In this document: piece after piece, positions 38,614 to 48,197 of the stretch | Numbering within the stretch: position 1 is the stretch's first letter | Layout of the letters: each line of letters opens with the position of its first letter | Source of the DNA: a virus | Virus record (IMG/VR): IMGVR_UViG_3300003177_000020 | Coordinates: 16,033 to 80,032 of that record | Length of the DNA: 64,000 nt | Strand: one strand, 5' to 3' | Notes under the pieces: model-generated | What the model was told of the DNA's origin: nothing | Seen by the model: only the letters and a program-made list of their open reading frames with translations | Database searches by the model: none | Translations under genes and position numbers: made by a program

Positions 38614-39072
38614 ATGTTGTCGAATTTGGCAGCCACACTCAGTATGGGATTGATCGCTACCATATGGGGTTCTTTCTTCGGTGCTGTCGCTGTTATTTGG
38701 TCTGTATGGGGCTTGTTGAAGCGATGGCTGGAGGGGAAAGGAATCATCGAAACCACAGATGGGAAGATCGACAAAATCCTGCAAAAATTGGATCAATTGG
38801 TATCTGCCATCGACGCAGACTTTGGAGAAGAAAACCAAATCAAAGATCTGCTGATGAACATCAAATCTATCGTCGATCACCACGATCAACTGCATCGACC
38901 TGTTGAGTTTGGCACTGCTCCGAAAGCGTGGTGCAAGAATGATCAAATTGAGCAGAAGATCTGCGAGTTGGAACACATCACACAAGAGCGATACACCGAC
39001 CTGCATAGGCAAACAAACGAAATCCTGCAGCTGGTATCGCGCATTGTAATTTTGCTTGAACAGACAAGGTAG
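38614..39072 (+). CDS. Holin-like membrane protein (N-terminal TM + coiled coil)
   Basis: AGGAGG RBS; hydrophobic N-terminus; near the lysin. Confidence 0.5.
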   Translation: MLSNLAATLSMGLIATIWGSFFGAVAVIWSVWGLLKRWLEGKGIIETTDGKIDKILQKLDQLVSAIDADFGEENQIKDLLMNIKSIVDHHDQLHRPVEFGTAPKAWCKNDQIEQKICELEHITQERYTDLHRQTNEILQLVSRIVILLEQTR

Positions 39073-39082
39073 GAGGCACGAT

Positions 39083-39298
39083 ATGATTGACACTGAAATC
39101 TTAGAACTGCCTTTCGATTTTGATCTGAAAAAGAAGGCATCAACCCCAACAGAAAGATTGAATCAATTATTGCTGCGAAAGTTTGGAGTCAATTATGTTT
39201 TCACTCTGGATGATGGATCACAAGTCTCAATTCAAAAAGTGCTGCGCAATCCCGTCTTGGTATCTCGTATCGCGCAGCAACTTATAAAAAATAAATAA
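39083..39298 (+). CDS. Hypothetical protein
   Basis: AGGAGG RBS. Confidence 0.6.
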   Translation: MIDTEILELPFDFDLKKKASTPTERLNQLLLRKFGVNYVFTLDDGSQVSIQKVLRNPVLVSRIAQQLIKNK

Positions 39299-39650
39299 AA
39301 CTACAAACTACACAACAGCCCACCAATACCACACACCAACACAACTGCACGTTACAAATTTTATTTATTTCTGCTAATACACAAAATTGTGGTTGAAAAC
39401 TTGTCAAATTCTAAAATCATGTCAAGTGTTTTCTTTCACGCTTTATTTATTTTTTGTAAATAATTATTTAGACAAATTATACACTTACAAGAAAAGTTGC
39501 CTCTTTTTCAAAAAAAGTTGTTGACGCACTTCAAATTTTTCTGTAGGCATTTGATTAATACCTTTTCTCGTGCACTGTACAGTGCGCGTATGGCTGCTTT
39601 ATGTTGCTAATTGTAATCCGTCCATGCGACTTGCTTAATACTAAACAAGA

Positions 39651-39915
39651 CAAGTGGGTGGGTAAAGTAATCATCAACAACACTTACTACTACTAAATAA
39701 CAAAACAAGTGGGTGGGTAAAGTTAGTCATACAATTCATTATTCATTATAAATAAAACATATATTCTGGGTGGGTAAAGTAATCATTACTAATCATCACT
39801 TTGTATTTGTAATTAAAACTTACAAGTGGTGGGTCAAGCAGATATCAACAATATTTACTCCTTAATCAATTATGACTGGTGGGGGTAAAGTAATCCATTC
39901 TAATCATCTTCACTT
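39651..39915. repeat. Five degenerate direct repeats (CAAGTGGGTGGGTAAAGTAATCAT) at ~51-59 bp period; candidate origin iterons
   Basis: Units at ~39651, 39706, 39764, 39823, 39874 in a ~740-bp AT-rich non-coding region. Confidence 0.85.
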
Positions 39916-40035
39916 AAAACAAATTCATAAAGACAAGCCTTTAGAAATTGGATACAATTGGATCATAATGTGATCTTTTGAGATCATTTCTGCAGAAAGA
40001 ATTTGTAATTAACTTTTGTAAAAGGAACAAGTGAT

Positions 40036-40971
40036 ATGAATGATCGAATGGGATCACCTTTATGTTTTCCAGAATTGTTGATCAAAAAAGTAAAAGGAAT
40101 CATCCGATTATTTGAGACTGGCAGATTAGAAAGCAATTATGATCTTCTTGTGGTGCTGCCAGATGGTGCAGGGATCACATTTGGGGTTGAGCAGACAACA
40201 GAAAACAGCGGTGGTTTGTATCGATTGCTGCAAGTCTATTGTAATCTTGGTGGCAAGTTTGCAGATTTATTTGAACCTTACATGCGATTACTTTATGGCA
40301 GCCCAAAAGGGAAGAAGTGGGCATTGACCAACAATGATGAGTTTAAGGGTCTGCTGACAAGAGCGGTTCATTATGATTCGATCATGATAGCTGCACAGGA
40401 TTTGTATTTTGAAAAAGAATACATGCTGCCAGCCAGTATTATCAGTGGACAGTATGCTCTCACAATGCCTTTGTCTTTTGCGGTTATTTATGATTCGTGT
40501 ATCCATTCTGGTGTTGGGGATTACTTGTCAGAAGAACCACCAAAAAAAGGCACTCCTTGGCATTTGTGGCGATTTGAAGACAAATTGGATGCTGAATGCG
40601 AAGAACATGAAGAAATGGCTTCTATCGGCTCGTGTGAAGTTTTGGCTGGTGATGATTCCGAACTTCCAGATTTTAAATGGGATGATGACGAAGAAGAAAA
40701 AGCATTCATTTCTGGGTACGTGCAGTACAGATTGAATTGGTTGAAAAATCACAACAGGGAAGCTATCCGAGCGACAGCCTATCGCATGTTTGCTTTTCTC
40801 AGAATGATTGAAGCAGATAACTGGGATTTGGAATCTCCTGTTGAAGTTCATATGGCGAGGAATGGTGGATTTTTGAAGAACCCACCTTTGATTACAGATG
40901 GCAGTGTTGCAGGTATTCAAGTTGTGCTTGATGAGCTTATGTGTTCCGATGACGATTATGGTGTGGCGTGA
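40036..40971 (+). CDS. Chitosanase (GH46)/lysozyme-fold endolysin candidate
   Basis: IIRLFETG, DGAGITFG..QTT..SG.L, AQD.YF...Y..PA, AVIYDS.IHSG. Confidence 0.75.
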   Translation: MNDRMGSPLCFPELLIKKVKGIIRLFETGRLESNYDLLVVLPDGAGITFGVEQTTENSGGLYRLLQVYCNLGGKFADLFEPYMRLLYGSPKGKKWALTNNDEFKGLLTRAVHYDSIMIAAQDLYFEKEYMLPASIISGQYALTMPLSFAVIYDSCIHSGVGDYLSEEPPKKGTPWHLWRFEDKLDAECEEHEEMASIGSCEVLAGDDSELPDFKWDDDEEEKAFISGYVQYRLNWLKNHNREAIRATAYRMFAFLRMIEADNWDLESPVEVHMARNGGFLKNPPLITDGSVAGIQVVLDELMCSDDDYGVA

Positions 40972-41140
40972 TTGATTCCTGAGTAACAAACAGGTGCAGC
41001 GATGAATGATGATCACTGGAAACTGAGCAGAAAGTTTGATGCGATGCTTGCTCTTTTTGATTCTCATGAGCCAAACAAAAAGCAAAATCCGATACAGGTT
41101 GTTCGAACAGATCCTATCTATGGTGCGCATTTGCGGATTG

Positions 41141-42040
41141 CTAAAGAAACAATTGAAGAATTGAGAAATGCGGTGATTGGAGAAATGATCTCCATTCGTT
41201 TTCTGTCATGTTGTGTGGTTTAGTTGTTTGTTTGATTTCTTCTTTGTGTCTCGTCAGTATTTTCCTTAAAAACTGCAATTCCATCTTTGAAAACTTTTCA
41301 GCTTCTTTGGAATAATCAATCCATGCCTCGTAGGATAATGGCATCCATGCGTTAGCGATTATCGCGATAGCTTCAGCAATATCTCTTATTTCTTTTTGTG
41401 CGTGTTGTGATGTACGCAGTTTCAAAAAGTGAAACATGTTCCTTGCTTTCATCGCCACAACAATGTCTGTGTAATTTGCGAGTGGTAGATCAATTCTGGC
41501 TTGTTCTCTTGCAACTCCGAGTTCTAATCTTTCTGTGTAAATAGCATCAATTTCTTTGTGCAGACTTTCTTGTTGCCGTGTGAGTTCTTCGCCTATTTCT
41601 TGGTCGATGAAACCATCCGATCCTTGTTTTGAATCTTCGCTTTGCATTCTCCATTCATGCGGTTGGATCACTTTTTTTAGGTCGATGGCAGGTCTGTATC
41701 GTGTGGAGTATTCATTCAGAGAAAATGTTCTGTGCCTTACGAATTGACGCATGATATCCATTGGTAGTCTGATTTGCAGCATGATTGTTGGCATCTCAAA
41801 TGGAGTGCCATGTTCTTCACGCATCAGCCTCCTAATGAGTCTGCGATCTTGTGTTCTTGTTCTGTTTTCAGTGCTGCGATGTCCAACAAAACAATTTCTG
41901 GCAGCACGGACAACATGTTCATCTCCACCCATCCAGTCCACAACTTTGACGTATCCATGATCTCCGATTGCTATGGCGTGTTCTTCCAGAGTTTTGAGTT
42001 GTTTGATGTTTGCATATTTAGGATATTTGTTCATTTTCAT
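41141..42040 (-). CDS. thyX: Flavin-dependent thymidylate synthase
   Basis: VRAAR, HGTPFE, RQFVRHRTFSLNEYSTRY, GVAREQAR..LP, HFLKLR...HAQKEIR. Confidence 0.96.
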   Translation of the reverse strand: MKMNKYPKYANIKQLKTLEEHAIAIGDHGYVKVVDWMGGDEHVVRAARNCFVGHRSTENRTRTQDRRLIRRLMREEHGTPFEMPTIMLQIRLPMDIMRQFVRHRTFSLNEYSTRYRPAIDLKKVIQPHEWRMQSEDSKQGSDGFIDQEIGEELTRQQESLHKEIDAIYTERLELGVAREQARIDLPLANYTDIVVAMKARNMFHFLKLRTSQHAQKEIRDIAEAIAIIANAWMPLSYEAWIDYSKEAEKFSKMELQFLRKILTRHKEEIKQTTKPHNMTENEWRSFLQSPHFSILQLFL

Positions 42041-42335
42041 CCCTTTCTAGTTTTGCAAGACATGCATCTATCAGCCATGTCGTGCGTGTTGTGGTTTGTG
42101 TTCTGGTATCAATTTGATACAGAAGATCGTGCGAAACCCAGAATGATACTTTTTGTCGGTTTGCCATAAGTTCATGCGCGGATGTTTTATATTTTGAGTT
42201 TGCATTTTGTTTGAATTTTTCGAAGATCGCAGAAATTATCCATTCGCCTAGATGCTGATGTTTTGAAAATGCATCTTTTAGCATTCGCTGTTTGAGTTCT
42301 TTTCCGACTCGAAATTGGATATTAAATTCACGCAT
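42018..42335 (-). CDS. Tandem ribbon-helix-helix DNA-binding protein
   Basis: Two repeats: IQFRV..ELK..W/I..AI and VSFWV..DL..W/L..AC. Confidence 0.55.
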   Translation of the reverse strand: MREFNIQFRVGKELKQRMLKDAFSKHQHLGEWIISAIFEKFKQNANSKYKTSAHELMANRQKVSFWVSHDLLYQIDTRTQTTTRTTWLIDACLAKLERDENEQIS

Positions 42336-42414
42336 TGATTTTCCTTTTTGACTGTGATTATATTTTGTCCTACGATTATGCAGACTTATTTTTATGCGTC
42401 AAATGGAGTTGCGT

Positions 42415-42633
42415 ATGGTACAAAATTCAGATGTTGATCATCCCAAACATTACAATACGGGAACCATAGAAACTATCGAATACTTGGAGTCTTTGGGTAT
42501 TGCTGAAGATTTTTGTGTTGGGAATGCGATCAAGTATTTGTCCAGATACAAGCATAAAGGAACCCCAGTGCAGGATTTGAAGAAAGCGCAGTGGTATATT
42601 GAGCGTGCGATCCAATTACAGGGTGAGGGTTGA
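42415..42633 (+). CDS. DUF3310 (T7 gp1.7/SaV-like) protein
   Basis: V.HPKHY..G.IE.I, FC.GNAIKY..R..HKG...DL.KA.WY. Confidence 0.9.
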   Translation: MVQNSDVDHPKHYNTGTIETIEYLESLGIAEDFCVGNAIKYLSRYKHKGTPVQDLKKAQWYIERAIQLQGEG

Positions 42634-42991
42634 GATTTTGAAGTTTGAGCATTTTGAAGTTTTATCACTGGATAGCGAGGAGAAAATACACAAGTTTATT
42701 CAATTCTTGGAAGCCCAAGTTTCAATGGCTCCGAGCAGTGTTTCTTTTTCGTTATCGATAAAAATGACTCGTGATGTTGATTTTACATTTGCAGATGTTG
42801 TACCGCATCCGTGCGTAGTGTTGCATGATTTGGCTGCGAATATATCGGAAGAAAAGGTTGTACAATCACAAGAAAAAGTTGAAAATAAAGTTACAGACAA
42901 CATTGTGGCGAAGAAAGAAGATGTTGTCAGTGATCGCAAAATTGAGATCAAAAAAAGAAGACGAAGAAGGCGTTATGCTATTGATGCCTGA
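42623..42991 (+). CDS. Hypothetical protein with C-terminal KKRRRRRR
   Basis: Probable GTG start overlapping the DUF3310 end. Confidence 0.55.
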   Translation: MRVEILKFEHFEVLSLDSEEKIHKFIQFLEAQVSMAPSSVSFSLSIKMTRDVDFTFADVVPHPCVVLHDLAANISEEKVVQSQEKVENKVTDNIVAKKEDVVSDRKIEIKKRRRRRRYAIDA

Positions 42992-43872
42992 TCAAAGTTG
43001 AGTTCTATGGTGAGTCCATTGAAGCTATCGAAAAGGATGGTCGGATTTGGGTAAGCCTCAAGAAGATGTGTCAGAACATGGGGGTCAAAGACTCACAGAG
43101 GCAAATTGAAAAAGTGCAGCAAGATCCAACATTTGATGGTGGTTACGGGCTTATGCCTGTGACGTACAAGCAAGGTGGTACGAAAGAAACATTCATGCTT
43201 GATTTAGAGTTTCTGCCATTCTGGCTGGGTTCTATTCAGATCAACCGAGTTCGCAATGGAGAAGTGAAAAAGAAACTTGTTTTGTACAAAAGAGAGTGTG
43301 TGCGTGTGTTGCGAGATCACTTTTTCGGATCACATCAGGAAGATCAAAAACAAGAGATTGGATCGGGTTTGGATGCGATGGCTCTCCAGAACAATTTGCT
43401 GATGCAAAGTATGCAAGCGATGGTGCAGCAGGGGCAGATGCTCGGCACTGTGATCACTGAGTTGAAGGCGACGCAGCGTGAAGCCTATGAAGCCAAACAA
43501 AGAGCCGTTGTTGCTAAAACCAAGGCAGAACAAGCCATCGGTATCGCAAAGCAAGCAAACGAAAAACAAGAAGCATTTGTTGAAGGATTCCGACGCGCAC
43601 TCCCAACACCTACAGCGAATGTTTCAAACCGCACAGAAAGATCATACCTTGTTGAACGTATGCAGATGATCGGTCACGTAACAGGTGATTATCGCGGGTG
43701 CTGGCGGGAGTTGTACAAAGAGTTCAAACACCGTGAGCAGATTGATCTTAAACGACGATCCAAAAATTCCCAAGGAAAGAGCAAATTGGATATTGCAGAA
43801 GATCTTGGAGTGATCGGCAAATTGTATGCTTTATCTTTTGTTCTTTGGGATAATATTCAAGGTGAAAAGTAA
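42988..43872 (+). CDS. P22-type antirepressor N-terminal domain protein (start codon apparently missing)
   Basis: VEFYGE.I......WVSLK.MC..MG....Q..K, LPFWL.SI..NRV, L..Y.REC..VL..HF; C-terminal ORF6C-like W..LY..F. Confidence 0.8.
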   Translation: MIKVEFYGESIEAIEKDGRIWVSLKKMCQNMGVKDSQRQIEKVQQDPTFDGGYGLMPVTYKQGGTKETFMLDLEFLPFWLGSIQINRVRNGEVKKKLVLYKRECVRVLRDHFFGSHQEDQKQEIGSGLDAMALQNNLLMQSMQAMVQQGQMLGTVITELKATQREAYEAKQRAVVAKTKAEQAIGIAKQANEKQEAFVEGFRRALPTPTANVSNRTERSYLVERMQMIGHVTGDYRGCWRELYKEFKHREQIDLKRRSKNSQGKSKLDIAEDLGVIGKLYALSFVLWDNIQGEK

Positions 43873-43874
43873 CC

Positions 43875-45356
43875 ATGTCTGAACCGCAAGAATTTACAAT
43901 TGATCCTGTGAGTATCGTTGCTGCTGGTGACATTGGACATATCCGATCTATACGCAGAAAGATTAAAGAAAAAAAAGGTTATCTTGCCAGCCGTGTGATG
44001 GATGTTCAGCAGCGGAACAATGCTGTGATTAAGCAGCTAGTCTTGGAAGAAGACAGGATCGATATTCTTGCGCAGCATGTATTAGGTTATGACCCGCAAG
44101 ACATACATCATGAGATGATGGAGTTTCAAAAAACCCATAAGGAAGGGATGATCCTTGCGTGGCGCGGTGCTGCAAAAACAACTTTTTGTACGATCACATT
44201 TGCTATTTTCAATATCATAAAAAACCCAGATATTCGGATACTTCTTGCTTCATCTGCGATTGATCAAGCGCGTGTGTTCTTGAAGTCGATCAAGTTGCAT
44301 TTTGAGACAAACGAACGATTGATCGAGATCTTTGGTGATTTTTTCACAGGAGCGAGATCGTGGACTGAAACGGATATCATTGTTCCGCAGCGCAGATCGT
44401 TTGCAGGTGAATCCACACTTTTGGCTACAGGTATCGGGACTGCGTTACCATCACGTCACTTTGATTTGATCATTGCAGATGACCTTGTTATTCGAAAAAA
44501 TGCCCAAACTGAGCATCTTAGAAAAAAAGTTCATCAGTATTTTTACGAGACTCTGTATCCCACACTAGAATCACCTGATGGCAGACTTTATGTGTTGGGT
44601 ACGCGGTGGCATGAAGAAGATCTGTACAAGTGGTTTGCCGATAATGATTACAAAAACGATCATTTGATTATCAGTGTTTTTGATGAGGATGGTGAGTCAC
44701 GGTGGGCAGAAAAATATCCTAAAGAAAGAATGCAAAAGATCCAACGTGCAAATCCAGATGCTTTTGATCTCCAATACATGTGTCAAACTGGCGCGACGCA
44801 GGGTACAATTTTTACTGAGCATCATTTCCAATATTACGAGGAGTTACCAGCGGGTGTTAGGATTTGGCAGGGTTTGGATTTGGCTATCGGTACAGCTGCA
44901 CACAATGATTTCTTTGCGCACGTTACGATTGCTGTTTGTCCTGAAACAAAAGGTGTGTATTTGGTGTCGTTTCGTTTGAAAAAGTTACAATTCCCACAGC
45001 AAGTAAATTTTATTCGATCACGGTTTCAAGACTATCCTGATACTCAAAAAGTGGTTCTTGAAACCAATTCATATCAAAGGGCAATGTTTCAGCAGTTACG
45101 TCATCAATTCCCTGATATTCCTGTTCTTGGAATACAGACAACAAAGGATAAAATTGCTCGCGCACAAAAGCTGGCTTGGAATGCTACATCCAATCCGATA
45201 TATGTGTTGGAGCGTCATTATAAATTCGTGAAGTTGTTTCTAGGATTCCCACATATTAAGGGATCAAAAGATTTGTTTGATGCATTTGATATTGTCTATA
45301 CACAAGCCACCAAAAAAAGCCGTAGAAGGCGTCGCAGCACACCGTCTTTGATCTAA
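43875..45356 (+). CDS. terL: Terminase large subunit
   Basis: LAWRGAAKTT Walker A, HFDLIIADDL, GTRWH..DL, GLDLA, ETN.YQ, DLFDA. Confidence 0.93.
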   Translation: MSEPQEFTIDPVSIVAAGDIGHIRSIRRKIKEKKGYLASRVMDVQQRNNAVIKQLVLEEDRIDILAQHVLGYDPQDIHHEMMEFQKTHKEGMILAWRGAAKTTFCTITFAIFNIIKNPDIRILLASSAIDQARVFLKSIKLHFETNERLIEIFGDFFTGARSWTETDIIVPQRRSFAGESTLLATGIGTALPSRHFDLIIADDLVIRKNAQTEHLRKKVHQYFYETLYPTLESPDGRLYVLGTRWHEEDLYKWFADNDYKNDHLIISVFDEDGESRWAEKYPKERMQKIQRANPDAFDLQYMCQTGATQGTIFTEHHFQYYEELPAGVRIWQGLDLAIGTAAHNDFFAHVTIAVCPETKGVYLVSFRLKKLQFPQQVNFIRSRFQDYPDTQKVVLETNSYQRAMFQQLRHQFPDIPVLGIQTTKDKIARAQKLAWNATSNPIYVLERHYKFVKLFLGFPHIKGSKDLFDAFDIVYTQATKKSRRRRRSTPSLI

Positions 45357-45431
45357 TCCTTTTTTTGGTGTTATTATGCAGATCGAATTTGGATACTTGT
45401 GTGTTTTATTCACTCTTAGAGGTAAAGAAAA

Positions 45432-45755
45432 ATGTCCAGTACAGTCGGATCATCTTCGTTTTTCACAAAAGCAAAAGCCACAAATGCAAATCTTGATATT
45501 CGCACAGTTGGCTTCACTCCCAGCAAAGTTGTTGTCAGAAATGCAACTTCAGGTGCCATGCTTGAATGGCAAGAGCATGTCGTTGATGGCGGTGGCTTCA
45601 AGACCGTTGCAGCAGGTACACGATCTTTCGTGACCAGTAATGGTATTTCCTTGTTGGCAGCATCGGGAAGTACTCCTGCTGGTATTCGGATCGGAAACCT
45701 TGCAGATATCAATGATACTGCTGGTGAAGATTTGTACATTGAGTGTTGGAGCTAG
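45432..45755 (+). CDS. Small virion protein (head decoration-like)
   Basis: VGF.P..V.V.N, NGI; position in head cluster. Confidence 0.6.
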   Translation: MSSTVGSSSFFTKAKATNANLDIRTVGFTPSKVVVRNATSGAMLEWQEHVVDGGGFKTVAAGTRSFVTSNGISLLAASGSTPAGIRIGNLADINDTAGEDLYIECWS

Positions 45756-45810
45756 TCGGTTCCCGTTTTATGTGCTGTTCCCAAAAATGATCAATTTATA
45801 AGGTGTGGTT

Positions 45811-46041
45811 ATGCCAGAAATAAAAAAAGATTTTGGTGAAGGTGGAGCAAATTTGATCCCAAATGATCAATCAGGGTCGCCAAGCCTTGCAGATGTGTTG
45901 CGCGGATCTGTGGATGATGATGCTACACTTCGCACTGCGTTTATTTCGTTGTTGCAAAAATTGGATGCCGATGTGGGTGTTACGGATACCGACTATGAAG
46001 CATCTTTGACGCCAGCAGCTCAAGTTAACACCAAAGGATAA
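45811..46041 (+). CDS. Small virion protein (head fiber-like)
   Basis: L...F..LL.KLDAD.GVTDTDY motif. Confidence 0.6.
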   Translation: MPEIKKDFGEGGANLIPNDQSGSPSLADVLRGSVDDDATLRTAFISLLQKLDADVGVTDTDYEASLTPAAQVNTKG

Positions 46042-46049
46042 ATCATCGG

Positions 46050-47723
46050 ATGTCGGAGCCTATATCGCTACAAGGCGTTGATTCCAATGGCGTGCCTGTA
46101 AAACTCCGCGCTCGATTGGTGGAGGTAAAACAGCCAATAACAAAAGCTGTTGGTGAGCCAAATCCTGACGCTGCCAGTTCCAATGCTTTAGGTGAGGAAG
46201 AATTATTTTCTCAGCTTGAAGGGCTTAATCGAACGGTTGAGCCACCGTACAACTTGCAGGGTTTGGCTCGCTATCCTCACCGATCCACAATATTGCTTCA
46301 GAATATCAATGCGATGGTTGTGAATACTGTTGGTTTCGGGTGGCAGTTGCGTGAAGTAAAAATGCCTGAAGAAGTGAGGGCAGCGCATAAAACTGAAATT
46401 GAAACTGAGAAATTCAAACTTGAACACTTTTTGAAGCATTGCAATTTTTTCAATTCGTTGACGCATATTCGGAAGCAAGAGCATTTTGACAAATACACAA
46501 CTGGGAACGGTTATGTTGAGATTGTTCGCAGTCCTACAGGCAAAATTGTCAATTTAAATCATGTTCTTGGTCATGCAATCCGTATGACTTACCGAGAAGA
46601 TGACGCGGTTGAAGTTGCCGTGAAGGTCGCACTCCCCCATGAAAACTTCAAAATGCGCACCATATCTTCTTATGTGCGATTCCGACGATATGTCATGTTT
46701 AGAGGATCAACACCTGTGTTTTTCAAGCAAGCGGGTGATCCTCGTATTTTGGACAAACGCACAGGTGAATACACAACTGAAAATTTGCCTATTCGCTATC
46801 GTGCAACAGAATTGATACACAATCGCATTTACGATCCCACAACGCCTTATGGTGTGCCTTATTATATCGGCACTGTTTTAGGTATCGATGGTTCCAGAAA
46901 ATCGGAAGAAATAAATCACAATACTATGAACTCAAATGCGATTCCATCCGCAATGGTGATTGTTGAGAATGGGCAGCTTACTGAAGATTCAATAAAACGA
47001 CTTCAAGAGTTCATTCAGTCGCAAGTTCAGAGTGATACAAATTATTCAAAGTTTTTGTTGATCGAAGGTGAGTCATTGGAAGAAGGATCGATGGCTCCGA
47101 TGAATTTGCGTATTCGTATTGAGCCTATGAAAAGGTTGCAACAAACGGATGAAATGTTCCAAGACTACGATCAAAACAACCGCGAAAAAACACGACAATC
47201 TTTCAGGCTTCCACCTTTGTTTTCTGGCAACGCAAATGATTACAAGCGCGATAATGTTTCGATTCTTCGGGACATTGCGGATGAACAAGTGTTTGCTCCT
47301 GAGCGCGATCATACCGATGATTTGATCAACCGATACGTGCTGAATCCTTTAGGTGTAAAATATCATCGGTTTCGATCTCTGAATCCAAACGTGACTGATG
47401 ACACTGAATTGATACGCTTGATGGGCATGGCAGAGCGTTCAGGTGCGATGACTCCGCGACGTGCAGATCGGATTATTCGGGATGTGTTTGGTGATGATAT
47501 CGGACAGCAACCGCAAGGTATCGATCTGGATATTCCGTTTACAATTCAGTTTGCGAATGCCCAAAATGGTGCGCTTACAAATTTGAATAGCAGCGCGACA
47601 TCGACATCTGATAATCTGCTTGGTGACTTGATGAAATTGAATAAAAGCGTTGACGGATCGGTTATGCTGCCTTTTACGTCGCAGGATGAATTGTTGGAAA
47701 TTTGGAAATCTTGGGAGTCCTAG
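46050..47723 (+). CDS. Portal protein (PBSX family)
   Basis: EPPY, GFGW, TGNGY.E..R, TELIH....YG.P, F..Y...N...RQ.FRLPP...G. Confidence 0.92.
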   Translation: MSEPISLQGVDSNGVPVKLRARLVEVKQPITKAVGEPNPDAASSNALGEEELFSQLEGLNRTVEPPYNLQGLARYPHRSTILLQNINAMVVNTVGFGWQLREVKMPEEVRAAHKTEIETEKFKLEHFLKHCNFFNSLTHIRKQEHFDKYTTGNGYVEIVRSPTGKIVNLNHVLGHAIRMTYREDDAVEVAVKVALPHENFKMRTISSYVRFRRYVMFRGSTPVFFKQAGDPRILDKRTGEYTTENLPIRYRATELIHNRIYDPTTPYGVPYYIGTVLGIDGSRKSEEINHNTMNSNAIPSAMVIVENGQLTEDSIKRLQEFIQSQVQSDTNYSKFLLIEGESLEEGSMAPMNLRIRIEPMKRLQQTDEMFQDYDQNNREKTRQSFRLPPLFSGNANDYKRDNVSILRDIADEQVFAPERDHTDDLINRYVLNPLGVKYHRFRSLNPNVTDDTELIRLMGMAERSGAMTPRRADRIIRDVFGDDIGQQPQGIDLDIPFTIQFANAQNGALTNLNSSATSTSDNLLGDLMKLNKSVDGSVMLPFTSQDELLEIWKSWES

Positions 47724-48197
47724 ATGCGAAAAGAAAAAGTGCAAATACAGAAGTTTGAGTTGCCAAAAAATATGGAGATGCTCGATTTTGCGGGACTTGT
47801 AATGTCTGCAGTTTCGGAAGTTTCAAGGCGTGAGAATAAAGATCTTGGATTAATCGGTATTTTTTCAGATCACATCGTAGTGCAGGATTGGTCAACTGGT
47901 GAAAATTTCAAACTAGATCTGACTGTTTCTGGTTCTAATGTTACTTTGGGTGACAAACTTGTGCCAGTTCAAAAGGTGTTTGTCCCTATTAAAAAAAGAA
48001 TAAATAAATCTTCTGATGCGATGCAAATTATCAATCTGCCTCCTGTTGTGGTGCAGGTTGAAAAGGGAAAATTGACACCTGAATCCATTGCTGTGATTGA
48101 AAAGATCGCATCTGGAACTTTGCCAAGTGTGGATCATGTTGATTTGGATGCTATTGAAAAACGAGAATCTTCAGTAAGCTGGGAAGGTATTTTTTGA
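47724..48197 (+). CDS. Head-associated protein with C-terminal WEGIF
   Basis: IF.DH.VV pattern, many (I/V)xK sites. Confidence 0.65.
   Translation: MRKEKVQIQKFELPKNMEMLDFAGLVMSAVSEVSRRENKDLGLIGIFSDHIVVQDWSTGENFKLDLTVSGSNVTLGDKLVPVQKVFVPIKKRINKSSDAMQIINLPPVVVQVEKGKLTPESIAVIEKIASGTLPSVDHVDLDAIEKRESSVSWEGIF

Noticed and set aside
39651-39915. CRISPR array
   Set aside because: Repeats are degenerate and non-palindromic, spacers are low-complexity AT-rich and partly similar to each other, and there are no cas genes
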